Shown here in pieces: positions 9,864 through 18,436 of a stretch of DNA of 64,000 nt. A model generated the notes under the pieces. The model did no database searches. It was not told where the DNA came from and was given only the letters and a program-made list of their open reading frames with translations. The stretch covers positions 16,930 to 80,929 of the forward strand of contig JAFGGS010000022.1 of NCBI GenBank assembly GCA_016930415.1, given 5' to 3'. Positions within the stretch are counted from its first letter, which is position 1; the number at the start of each line of letters is the position of its first letter. The stretch comes from Candidatus Woesearchaeota archaeon (GTDB taxonomy: Archaea > Nanobdellota > Nanobdellia > Woesearchaeales > SM23-78). The position numbers and the translations under genes are program-made.

Positions 9864-11126
9864 ATGGTGGTTGCAGGAGCGTCTGAGGAGTCTGTGAGGC
9901 GTTTGTTTGGGTCGGTGGCGAAGGGTGTCCGGCCTAGGAATGCTTCTCTTCCTGAGGCTGACAGGATGATCCGGTCTGTTAATTCTCTTCTTAAGAAGGC
10001 GAGGCTTAAGGCAGTGTGCGTGGCTGGCGGGAGCTATGCTAAGGGCACCGCTCTCAAAGATAATTTTGACGTTGACTTGTTTGTCAGGTTTGATTATTCT
10101 TACAAGAACGAGGATATCTCTGCCCTGCTTGCTCGAGCAATCTCTTCCCTTAAGCCTGAGATTGTCCATGGCAGTAGGGATTACTTCCAGATCAAGAAGG
10201 GAAAGCTCCTCTTCGAGGTCATACCTGTGCTTAGGATCGATGATTATAGGTCTGCCTTGAACGTGACTGACATGAGCCCTCTTCACGTGGTCTATATTGA
10301 GAAGCGCATGAAAAACAAGCCTGCTCTTCGGGACGAGGTGAGGCTTGCTAAGCAGTTCTGCAAGGGAATAAGGGTTTATGGTGCTGAAAGCTATATCCGG
10401 GGTTTTTCTGGCCACGTCCTTGAACTCTTGATAGTCTATTATGGTTCTTTTGAGCAGCTCTTGAAGCAGGCGGCTCTTTGGGGTGAGCGCGTCGTGATCG
10501 ATATCGAGCATCACTGGAAGGATCCCTTGCGGGAGCTCAACTATGCAAAGACCATATCTCCCTTGGTGATTGTTGACCCGATCCAGCCTGACAGGAACGC
10601 TGCTGCTGCCGTCTCTAAGGAGACGTTTGACTGCTTGAGGGTTCAGGCCAGGCGTTTCTTGGAGTCGCCGTCTGGTTCTTTCTTCAAGGTGAGAAAGCTT
10701 AGCATCCCGCTTGTGAAGAAGAGGGCTGGCAAGGATTGGCTGGTCTTGGTCAAGGCGGTTCCCTTGAAGGGCAAGGATGATATCATGGGCAGCAAGGTGC
10801 TCAAGGTCCACGAGCACTTCCAGATGGCTTTGAGGAAGCACGAGTTCAAGCTGCTCGAGGCTGGCTGGGAGTATGCTCCTGTCTGCACGCTTTATTACAT
10901 CATCAAGAAGGAGAGGTTCTCTGACAAGTTGCTCATCACCGGTCCTCCTGTTAAGGTCAGGCCTAATGCTGATCAGTTCAGGGAGAAGCATAAGAGCGCT
11001 TTTGAGAATAGGGGACGATTGTTCGCTGAGGAGAAGAGGCTCTTCAAGGTTCCGGGGCAGCTTCTCAAGGCGTTGTTCAAAGAGGGTCACATTAAGGATA
11101 AGGTCAAGAGGATTTCCTTGCTTTAG
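9864..11126 (+). CDS. cca: CCA-adding enzyme, archaeal class I
   Basis: GGSYAKGT..DVDLF, YGAE..GFSG, DPIQPDRNAAAA. Confidence 0.92.
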   Translation: MVVAGASEESVRRLFGSVAKGVRPRNASLPEADRMIRSVNSLLKKARLKAVCVAGGSYAKGTALKDNFDVDLFVRFDYSYKNEDISALLARAISSLKPEIVHGSRDYFQIKKGKLLFEVIPVLRIDDYRSALNVTDMSPLHVVYIEKRMKNKPALRDEVRLAKQFCKGIRVYGAESYIRGFSGHVLELLIVYYGSFEQLLKQAALWGERVVIDIEHHWKDPLRELNYAKTISPLVIVDPIQPDRNAAAAVSKETFDCLRVQARRFLESPSGSFFKVRKLSIPLVKKRAGKDWLVLVKAVPLKGKDDIMGSKVLKVHEHFQMALRKHEFKLLEAGWEYAPVCTLYYIIKKERFSDKLLITGPPVKVRPNADQFREKHKSAFENRGRLFAEEKRLFKVPGQLLKALFKEGHIKDKVKRISLL

Positions 11127-11845
11127 AGTCTCTTCTTTGCTTTTTGTTTCTTAGAACTAGAACTGTTGTTGATTGCTTTCGTCGTCGCTTTGGCGGCTTT
11201 CTTTTGCTCTTGGAGGTCTTTGTAGTACTTGTATGCCTCTATCGCGACTGGTAGTAGTGAGATGCTTATTATTATCAGGATGAATATTGAGAAGTTGTTC
11301 TTTATGATAGGGATGTTGCCGAAGAAGTATCCTCCGAACAGGAACAGGCCGACCCATGCGAGGCCCCCGATTATGTTGTATGCTAGGAACCGTGGGTATT
11401 TCATCGCTCCCACTCCTGCTAGGAATGGGGCGAAGGTCCTTATTATGGGCACGAATCTTGCGATGATTATGGTCTTGCCGCCGTACTTGTCGAAGAATTC
11501 TTTGGTCCTGTCTAGGGCTCGCCTGTCGAGCCACTTGTAGTTTGTTCTGAAGACCTTTGGGCCGATGTAGTGGCCGACTGCGTAATTGAGGCTGTCTCCT
11601 AGGATTGCTGCGAGCGCTAGGAGCGTGAATATCAGCCAGAGGTTGAAGGTCCCTATCGCTGAGAACGTGCCGACGGCGAAGAGCAGCGAGTCTCCTGGCA
11701 GGTAGGGTGCTATCACGACTCCAGTCTCTAAGAACAGGATCGTGAATAGGATTGCGTAGCTCCAGCCTCCAAACATCTGGATCATCGTGGATAGGTGCTC
11801 ATCCAGATGGAGTATGATGTCGAAAAAAAGGGTTATGATGTTCAT
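11123..11845 (-). CDS. dedA: DedA family membrane protein
   Basis: LPGDSLLF, ARFVPIIRTFAP. Confidence 0.92.
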   Translation of the reverse strand: MNIITLFFDIILHLDEHLSTMIQMFGGWSYAILFTILFLETGVVIAPYLPGDSLLFAVGTFSAIGTFNLWLIFTLLALAAILGDSLNYAVGHYIGPKVFRTNYKWLDRRALDRTKEFFDKYGGKTIIIARFVPIIRTFAPFLAGVGAMKYPRFLAYNIIGGLAWVGLFLFGGYFFGNIPIIKNNFSIFILIIISISLLPVAIEAYKYYKDLQEQKKAAKATTKAINNSSSSKKQKAKKRL

Positions 11846-11891
11846 CTTGATTTTTTCTCTCTGTCTTTCTCCTTCTTGAGTGAGGCCTGTT

Positions 11892-12431
11892 TTATAATGT
11901 TTGCTCTTTTGGTATTCTTGGCAGTATCCATCCTTGGAAGTCTATTAGGTATATTCTGTCTTCTTCACGGTTCCAGATTGAGTTGTGTAGGCCAAGGTCT
12001 AGCGGCGCAACAAAGAGGTCTCTTACTTTCTCTATTTCTCGATTGTACATCTTCCTTGCGTGCTTTCGTTCCTGCCAAGGCGTGTTTGTTCCTGCGTTTA
12101 TGCTGAATACCAGGTCGTCCAGGACGACTCCTTCTATGTAGTCCATCACGAAGGCAGGGTATGCTCTGCTGCTAAAGCCTCTTGGCCAGGTAACTCCTTG
12201 TGTGTCTGATGATAATGTTATTAGTTCTATTCCGTGAGGTCTTGGGACTGATATGCCGTTTTCGTACAGGAATCTTCCCATCCTATACTCTCTTTTTGTC
12301 TTCTTTCCTGTGCTGGATGGTATTTCTCTTGCTATTGTTTTCTCGAACTTTGCCACTTTGTCTTTTCCTAGGCGGTATATGAATCCGTCGGAGCCTTCCG
12401 CGATGAATGTGATTTGCCTTTCTGATATCAT
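11892..12431 (-). CDS. Small protein-kinase-like protein (RIO/Bud32/Kdo-like)
   Basis: IAEGSDG, VAK, VPRP, VMDYIEG, DLGLHN, LIDF. Confidence 0.7.
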   Translation of the reverse strand: MISERQITFIAEGSDGFIYRLGKDKVAKFEKTIAREIPSSTGKKTKREYRMGRFLYENGISVPRPHGIELITLSSDTQGVTWPRGFSSRAYPAFVMDYIEGVVLDDLVFSINAGTNTPWQERKHARKMYNREIEKVRDLFVAPLDLGLHNSIWNREEDRIYLIDFQGWILPRIPKEQTL

Positions 12432-12503
12432 CTTGTTCTTTTTGGCGTCTTGCCTGTCATTTAAATATTGTGTTTAGTAACTACTCTCTAAGAGTATCAA
12501 AAC

Positions 12504-12520
12504 CGAAAGCTTTAAATATA
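12504..12520 (+). promoter_or_regulatory. BRE+TATA promoter of putative ncRNA
   Basis: CGAAAGC-TTTAAATATA about 20-30 nt upstream of the structured element. Confidence 0.65.
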
Positions 12521-12539
12521 AGTACCACCATACGATAGT

Positions 12540-12684
12540 TACAAAATGGTTTTGGGGGTTTGCTTCATGTAAGCCCTCCTTTGGGGGACCAGCGCAGGAG
12601 AGGTCGGTTAATTTCTCTACAAACTCACCTCACCCACCCTTTTAACCCATAACGCCCTCCTGCGCCCCACCAACCATTTTTGTA
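12540..12684 (+). ncRNA. Putative structured ncRNA of unknown family
   Basis: Paired ends TACAAAATGGTT/AACCATTTTTGTA; 9-bp helix GCGCAGGAG/CTCCTGCGC; two small hairpins; 30-nt G-free loop. Confidence 0.6.
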
Positions 12685-12846
12685 TCATTCTTAGCAAGGA
12701 AAAACAAGAAAAATCCGTGCTAGGAAGAGAACTGCCGATCCAAGGCGTTTTCAAAAGCATTTTCAACTGTTCAAGAAAAACTTTTTAAGAGGCTGCCAAT
12801 GGCTGCCAATTAATGACCCGGACTTAAATGATGAGAGCAAGCTAAG

Positions 12847-13650
12847 ATGGCAAGAAAAAACCAGGCACGAGGAGACAAGAGAACAAGAGCGCACCCACCG
12901 CTAGACCAGCATGTCGAGAGGCTAGCTGGATTCAGCACCGGCTGCCTCTACCACGCCCACTCAACCCTTAATGCCTCATTCCATAAGGCAGAAGGGCTCT
13001 TTAAGAAGGTTGGAGCAGACCTGATCGAGCTTCACTTCGCGACCCTCGGAGAAGTCAGGGCTTTTCAAGAATCAGACTCAGTCAGGATAGAGTACGGTCA
13101 CTTCAGCAAGGTCTATCTGCATGCCCCTTCAAAAGAGGTCTTCCACAGCAATCTCGTCGGATGGGAGACTTTGGGAAGGATGCAGGCCTTGGCACTCCAG
13201 CGCTCTATATCTGGAGTGATAGTCCACCCTGACCCATATCTCGACTATTCCATGCTAAGGAACAGCCACCTCCCCTTCCTCTTCGAGAATACAGACCTGA
13301 ACAGGCAAGGAGGGACCTCTCTTAAGGATATCAAGAGAATAAAAAAAGAGATATCCCAGTCTCCGCACCTGGGTTTTGCCTTCAACGCCCAACACGCATA
13401 CGCCCACGACCGGTCTGGAAAGCTAGGGCTTGAGATGATAGCTGCAATGGGCGACCGGCTTAAGGTCATGCACGTGAGCGGCCAGCCAGAGCCAGGCTCA
13501 GGCAGGAGCCATGGCTTAGCATATGATGCCAACAATAAGGCCATCATAAGAGGATTCATGGATTATAGGCCAGACCTTCCAAGGATAGGGATCGGCTATG
13601 CGAAGAACCTAAGAGATATCCAGGCCGAGCTGGACTTTCTGAGGCGCTAA
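12847..13650 (+). CDS. TIM-barrel protein, xylose isomerase/AP endonuclease 2-like
   Basis: LHAP, VHP, FEN, HA, MHVSG, H metal-ligand pattern, partly degenerate. Confidence 0.55.
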   Translation: MARKNQARGDKRTRAHPPLDQHVERLAGFSTGCLYHAHSTLNASFHKAEGLFKKVGADLIELHFATLGEVRAFQESDSVRIEYGHFSKVYLHAPSKEVFHSNLVGWETLGRMQALALQRSISGVIVHPDPYLDYSMLRNSHLPFLFENTDLNRQGGTSLKDIKRIKKEISQSPHLGFAFNAQHAYAHDRSGKLGLEMIAAMGDRLKVMHVSGQPEPGSGRSHGLAYDANNKAIIRGFMDYRPDLPRIGIGYAKNLRDIQAELDFLRR

Positions 13651-13698
13651 AGGCCTTCGACGCCAAGTTTTATAAAGGAAAACAGACAACTTCTACCT

Positions 13699-14277
13699 AT
13701 GCAAATGGATATTCATGAGGCAAAAGAGCTATTGAAAGCCTGGGCAGTGACGGCCCTTGCCTTCGGCATCCTGATATGGACTAGGGAGAACACCTTGCTC
13801 TTCAGCGTAGTCATGGCGGCCTTCACAGTGGGTCTCGGCTTCATCCTGCACGAGCTAGCCCATAAAGGCGTTGCAAACGCGTTTGGCAAGCGCTCAGAGT
13901 TCCGCGCCAACAACAGGATGCTCATACTGATGATCCTGATGAGCTTCCTAGGGTTCATATTCGCGGCTCCAGGCGCCGTCTGGACTCATGGCATGGTCTC
14001 AAAGAGGCAAAACGGCATGATAGCAGCAGCAGGTCCCCTAGCAAACATCCTCCTCGCAGCCCTCTTCATCCCCCTAGTCTTCATAATGCCTAAGATAGCT
14101 TATTATGGCGTGATGATAAACGCCCTCCTTGGCTTATTCAACCTCATCCCCATACCTGGCTTTGACGGCGTGAGCGTGGTCGAGTGGAGCAAGACAGCCT
14201 ACATCTCCTTGGCAGCCCTTGCGGTCTTCATGATGATGATGAGCATCGCCCTGCCCAACTTCGTGGCCATAGGCTAG
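13699..14277 (+). CDS. Site-2 protease, M50 family
   Basis: HELAH, AAGPLAN, FNLIPIPGFDG. Confidence 0.9.
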   Translation: MQMDIHEAKELLKAWAVTALAFGILIWTRENTLLFSVVMAAFTVGLGFILHELAHKGVANAFGKRSEFRANNRMLILMILMSFLGFIFAAPGAVWTHGMVSKRQNGMIAAAGPLANILLAALFIPLVFIMPKIAYYGVMINALLGLFNLIPIPGFDGVSVVEWSKTAYISLAALAVFMMMMSIALPNFVAIG

Positions 14278-14332
14278 CGATAGCAGGCTATAAGCTGCTC
14301 TTTGATCGATTTATACTCGGTGGTGACTTGAT

Positions 14333-14479
14333 ATGAAATGTGACTTGTGCGGAAGCAGGATCGAGACAACCTTTTTAAATAAACCAGTAGGCACCTACGT
14401 CAAGAACGAGAAAGGCAAGAAGAAACTCGTCTGCAGCCACTGCCAGCGAAGCGGCAGGATAAAAGAAGTCAAGCAGTGA
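14333..14479 (+). CDS. Small zinc-finger protein (48 aa)
   Basis: MKCDLCG...VCSHCQ; SD-like GGTGGTGA upstream; below ORF track cutoff. Confidence 0.75.
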   Translation: MKCDLCGSRIETTFLNKPVGTYVKNEKGKKKLVCSHCQRSGRIKEVKQ

Positions 14480-14512
14480 ACAAGGAAAGCCTTTCAAAAA
14501 ATTTATTTTTGC

Positions 14513-14628
14513 GCCTCTGTAGCATAGTGGTGGTGCGGCTGACTCGTAAGCAAAACATTGTTTTTGAATCTCGAAAACTTTGTTTTCAAGAAATCAGCAG
14601 GTCGGGAGTTCAAATCTCCCCAGAGGCT
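14513..14628 (+). tRNA. tRNA-Thr(CGT) with 44-nt intron at 37/38 (14549-14592)
   Basis: Acceptor GCCTCTG/CAGAGGC, anticodon stem GCTGA/TCAGC, T-arm GGGAG-TTCAAAT-CTCCC; no encoded CCA. Confidence 0.92.
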
Positions 14629-14721
14629 TCATATTCAGAGGGACAAATCCTCAATTAGAGCAAATAGCTTTTTTTAAAACTAATAGTAAACAATATAAAC
14701 CGATTAAACTATCTTTATCTA

Positions 14722-15453
14722 ATGAAACTTAAGAATAAGGTTGCACTAATTACAGGGGCTAGCAGAGGCATCGGGAGAGCGACTGCCTTGCTGTTTGCTA
14801 AAGAAGGTGCAAATATTATTGTTAATTATTTTAAAGCAGAAAACGAAGCCAATTCTGTTGTTCAAGATATTAAAAAGATGGGTGCTGACGCAATCACAAT
14901 TAAGTGTGATGTTTCCAAAGAGAATGAAGTCAAACAAATGGTAGATAAGGCAATTAAAAAATTTGGTAAAATAGATATTCTCGTTAATAATGCAGGTATA
15001 GTTTTTGACGTGCCATTTAAAGACAGGACTGTTGAACATTGGAAAAGAACTTTAGATGTTAATCTTATAGGTGCGTTTATTTGTGCTAAACATGTTACTT
15101 CGCACATGAAAAAAGGGCATATTGTTAATATTGCCTCAACTAATGGAATTAATGCTTGCAGTCCTGAATCTATGGATTATGATGCTTCAAAGGCAGGATT
15201 AATTAGCTTGACTAAAACCCTCGCACAGGCATTAGCACCAAATGTTATGGTAAATTGTGTAGCGCCTGGCTGGGTGGATACGGATATAAATAAAGATTTA
15301 CCAAAAGATTATGTGAAGTCAGAAACACAAAATATTTTATTGAAAAGATTTGGCAAACCTGAAGAAATTGCAAAGACAGTCTTGTTCTTAGTATCAGATG
15401 ATGCAAGTTTTATAACTGGAACAACAGTTGTGGTTGCTGGCGGATATCAATAA
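14722..15453 (+). CDS. SDR oxidoreductase (FabG-like), AT-rich
   Basis: TGASRGIG, NNAG, YDASK; visibly lower GC than neighbours. Confidence 0.9.
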   Translation: MKLKNKVALITGASRGIGRATALLFAKEGANIIVNYFKAENEANSVVQDIKKMGADAITIKCDVSKENEVKQMVDKAIKKFGKIDILVNNAGIVFDVPFKDRTVEHWKRTLDVNLIGAFICAKHVTSHMKKGHIVNIASTNGINACSPESMDYDASKAGLISLTKTLAQALAPNVMVNCVAPGWVDTDINKDLPKDYVKSETQNILLKRFGKPEEIAKTVLFLVSDDASFITGTTVVVAGGYQ

Positions 15454-15518
15454 CACTACGTTATTTTCTGGATTTATCCTCAATAGAAACCGTAGTTTTT
15501 ATAAGTGCCAGCCGCCTA

Positions 15519-15655
15519 TTAAGGGCTAAAGCCTTAAAATCGGAGGGTCAGAAGTTTAGGGGCTTTTTACGCTGCCGGGGTTAAGCCGTTAGGAGGCTGT
15601 TAATTTTATCTTCTTCTGACGTCATCCTAGAATTCTAGCAGGGGGTGCTCTCTTT
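15519..15655 (+). ncRNA. Possible structured ncRNA
   Basis: TATA-like TTTTATA about 15497-15503; GTCAGAAG/CTTCTGAC helix enclosing a rod; flanking hairpins; no sizeable ORF. Confidence 0.35.
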
Positions 15656-15667
15656 ATCTATTTTTAT

Positions 15668-16162
15668 CTATTCGTTGAGTCTCCTGAATAAGTCTGTTGG
15701 GAGATAAAGCCTTACATTTCCTGGTTTCCATCGGAACCATCCCTTGACAGTGTCCTTCCTGTAGGGCGCGACTAGTGTGCCGTTGTAGGATTCCATCTGG
15801 AGAAACACTCTGCATGGCGGGATCGCTCTGCTCTTGTATCCGATCTCTTCTCTCAGTTCAAAGAAGATCTTTTCATAATCAGTGCTTCCTATGCATGATT
15901 CCAGGTGCCCTGTGCGTGTGGTTATGGATCCTATTGCTCGTTCCTCTGTGCTGTCTAGCAGGGAGAAGAGCCCTCTGAAGTTTCTTTCGCATAATATCTG
16001 GTATGTTGTTGTCTTGTTTGGATTGACGCTCACGTCTTCAATCACGCTTGATGGTTCCTTGGTCTCTTCTATGGGCAAGAAAGTTATGATTTCTTCTGTT
16101 CTCTCCGACAACTCTCTTTCCAGCTTCCCAAGGTTAATCCATTTCAGGCCGTTGTTTTCCAT
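15668..16162 (-). CDS. Hypothetical protein
   Basis: Open frame; ATG 16162 about 25 nt after a TATA-like box. Confidence 0.6.
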   Translation of the reverse strand: MENNGLKWINLGKLERELSERTEEIITFLPIEETKEPSSVIEDVSVNPNKTTTYQILCERNFRGLFSLLDSTEERAIGSITTRTGHLESCIGSTDYEKIFFELREEIGYKSRAIPPCRVFLQMESYNGTLVAPYRKDTVKGWFRWKPGNVRLYLPTDLFRRLNE

Positions 16163-16280
16163 CGGGTCAAGAAATCCCTTTCGCTTTATATGCTTTGCTT
16201 TTCCAGAGTGGTGAATCGCGCTCGCGTCTTTGCGTTGAAACAACAAAAAATAGTTTTGTGCTTTCTAGATGTCGGCAGCC

Positions 16281-16568
16281 TTATTGCTGTCCTTCTGTGC
16301 TTGTATTTTCCTGCGTCAGGTATTCGCTCACTGCGCTCTTGACTTTCTCAGTCAGCCGATCGCCCGCGTTCTTTCGCAGGAGGAAGGTTGCTCCTAGGCT
16401 TGTCAGGTAGACTACTCCTGCTGCTACTGCCATCTTCTTGCTGTGCTCAGGGTTTGCCCTGTAGCTTCTCATGATGTTCTCAAGGCTCCAGCCAGTCATT
16501 ATGCCTGCTGCTGCTGGCCCTGTCATCCTCTTGTATCCTATGCTTTGCTCTTCGCTCATGTTCTTCAT
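16281..16568 (-). CDS. Small hypothetical membrane-associated protein
   Basis: Third gene of compact operon; purine-rich RBS; Ala/Gly-rich hydrophobic segments. Confidence 0.65.
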   Translation of the reverse strand: MKNMSEEQSIGYKRMTGPAAAGIMTGWSLENIMRSYRANPEHSKKMAVAAGVVYLTSLGATFLLRKNAGDRLTEKVKSAVSEYLTQENTSTEGQQ

Positions 16569-16587
16569 CCCCCTTCTTCATCCTTTC

Positions 16588-16908
16588 CTATTGCTTCTTT
16601 GTCTTCTGTTCCTGGTCTCCCCTGCAGTAGTTGCTTATCAGCTTCATCGCAAGGTATCCTAGCGTTGCGCCTATCCCTGTGCTAAAGAGCCTCTCTCCTA
16701 TTGTGTAGGGTTTTCCTGCTTGCTTGCTCACGTATTTCCCTGCTTGGTGGCCTGCGACTCCTCCGACCGCGGCTCCAGTGTATTTCATGGTCTCCTCAGT
16801 CCTGTCCTCAAGGCTTAGGTTTGGGTTCCTGGCCGCGTTCTTCTCTGCTCTGCTCTTTGCGATCCCGCCTATTAGGGCTGCCGCTAATGCGCTTGATTTA
16901 TATCCCAT
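16588..16908 (-). CDS. Small glycine-zipper-like protein
   Basis: GAAVGGVAGHQAG and GIGATLG GxxxG motifs; SD GGAGGT. Confidence 0.65.
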   Translation of the reverse strand: MGYKSSALAAALIGGIAKSRAEKNAARNPNLSLEDRTEETMKYTGAAVGGVAGHQAGKYVSKQAGKPYTIGERLFSTGIGATLGYLAMKLISNYCRGDQEQKTKKQ

Positions 16909-16926
16909 CTTCTTCTACCTCCGTCT

Positions 16927-17223
16927 TTATTTCCTAGGGTCTGGCATTCCTATTGTTCTCCTGAGAATGGTGTATGCGACTATCTCGGTGGCTTCGATTC
17001 CTAGCTCTTCGACCGCGTTTCTTGGGTTTCCAATGAGTCTCTTGCTTCCTCGTTTGATCGCTTGGTAGATAGGGTCTTGTGGGTCTCCTATGTATTCTTT
17101 CTTGGCTTCCCTTAGCAGTTCTCCGCTGACGTATCCTATCAGGCTTTTCACTGAGAAGCTTCTGCTCGCGTTCTCTTCCACCAGTTCGCTGATGTCTTGT
17201 CCTGGCATCTGTCGGTCCCCCAT
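16927..17223 (-). CDS. Small hypothetical protein
   Basis: First gene of three-gene operon; TATA-like box upstream. Confidence 0.6.
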   Translation of the reverse strand: MGDRQMPGQDISELVEENASRSFSVKSLIGYVSGELLREAKKEYIGDPQDPIYQAIKRGSKRLIGNPRNAVEELGIEATEIVAYTILRRTIGMPDPRK

Positions 17224-17380
17224 TCTTTTTTTTCTAGAATGGGTTTGGTTCGGGTGTTTAAAATATCCACCGACGACAAAACCGGAGAAAAAACAAAGAT
17301 GTTGAAAGAAAGAATAGGTTGTTTGCAGGAACAGGACCTGATTCCGGATTTATTTCCAGAATTACAGCGTTAGAATAGTG

Positions 17381-18100
17381 CTATCTCTTGCTTGAAAGCG
17401 CCAATACATCCGTTATGTTGCACATTGAGACTCGCATCTCTGCAGCGTCATCAAAACCGATCCGAGGACAAGCCGTGTTGACCCACGCCTCTACGAAGTT
17501 GAAGTCTTCGAGATTGCGTGGATCTAATGTCTCTGTAGCGAAGAAGTAGAACTCCTTGTCAGGATAAGCGTCCTTGAGTTTCTTGGCGACCTTGAACTGT
17601 TCCTGGCCGGGCTTGACAGATATCACGACACCGATGCACTTGGAAGCCAGTACCTTGGTGAGGTTGCCCTTGTATTTCTTGAGGATGGGCTCGCACTCCT
17701 CAAGACCCATGATCGACACCTTGTCGGCTACTGGGTCGTACCTGATTATCTCTTTGAAGCTCTCCTCGTCCTTCTGCGCCAGTACCAACGCCCTAGGGTG
17801 GAAGTTGCCGTCTCCGATGTATAAGAACGCGTCCGGATCCTCTTCCAGCCTGAGGGCTGCCTTGTAGCTCACGCATCCAAGCATCTGATACTTCTCATTC
17901 GCCCGGCAAGGCTTAGAACTGATTACATCAACTCCGATACTCTCCAGCTGCTTGAGGATTGGTTCTAGTAGGTGGGTGAACTGGACGCTGGCGTAGAGTG
18001 CGATCTTCTTGTGACCTTTGCTTTTCACGTAATCCAACATGTCGGGGCTCAAGGAAATGCTCTTCCCAGTAAACTTCGCCTTTATAAGCATAGTGTCCAT
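17381..18100 (-). CDS. dph2: Diphthamide synthesis protein Dph2, C-terminal part
   Basis: SVQF, QMLGC, GDGNFH, KPGQ, VNTACPRI; ATG 18100 lies 1 nt after upstream stop. Confidence 0.85.
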   Translation of the reverse strand: MDTMLIKAKFTGKSISLSPDMLDYVKSKGHKKIALYASVQFTHLLEPILKQLESIGVDVISSKPCRANEKYQMLGCVSYKAALRLEEDPDAFLYIGDGNFHPRALVLAQKDEESFKEIIRYDPVADKVSIMGLEECEPILKKYKGNLTKVLASKCIGVVISVKPGQEQFKVAKKLKDAYPDKEFYFFATETLDPRNLEDFNFVEAWVNTACPRIGFDDAAEMRVSMCNITDVLALSSKR

Positions 18101-18101
18101 A

Positions 18102-18380
18102 TTATTCCTCTCCGTTCCAACCGTTCTCTTTAAGGTACTGGTTATGGCCCCACTGCACCAGGAAGTCCACACCTAGCTGTTTCAATCCTTGAGGAACGTC
18201 GCATCCGCCATAACAGCTGCCCATCCAGATCAGCACTTCGGCAGAAGTCTCCTTCCTGATAGAATCGACTATCTCCTTTGCCTTTGGCTTCAAGCCGTCA
18301 GGCAGTTGGATCAAGACAGTCTTATGCCTCTTCTCCTTAATCCTCGCGATCACGCGGGAGAGCTCTAAGTCGTACATCAT
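18102..18380 (-). CDS. dph2: Diphthamide synthesis protein Dph2, N-terminal part
   Basis: VLIQLPDGLK, CYGGCD, VQWGH. Confidence 0.85.
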   Translation of the reverse strand: MMYDLELSRVIARIKEKRHKTVLIQLPDGLKPKAKEIVDSIRKETSAEVLIWMGSCYGGCDVPQGLKQLGVDFLVQWGHNQYLKENGWNGEE

Positions 18381-18436
18381 GCCTTGACGTAAAAGAACTC
18401 TCTTTTTAATGTTTTTTGGCCTTATGGCTGTTTGAC

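Noticed and set aside
9834..11090. 418-aa antisense ORF
   Set aside because: Shadow of cca; explained by codon bias.
12540..12684. Identification as SRP, RNase P, 5S or box C/D RNA
   Set aside because: Could not find SRP helix 8, RNase P P4, 5S or C/D box signatures.
14476..14658. 60-aa ORF
   Set aside because: Overlaps the intron-containing tRNA-Thr.
18100..18172. Programmed frameshift joining the dph2 halves
   Set aside because: No slippery site seen; stop-1 nt-ATG with RBS fits reinitiation better.
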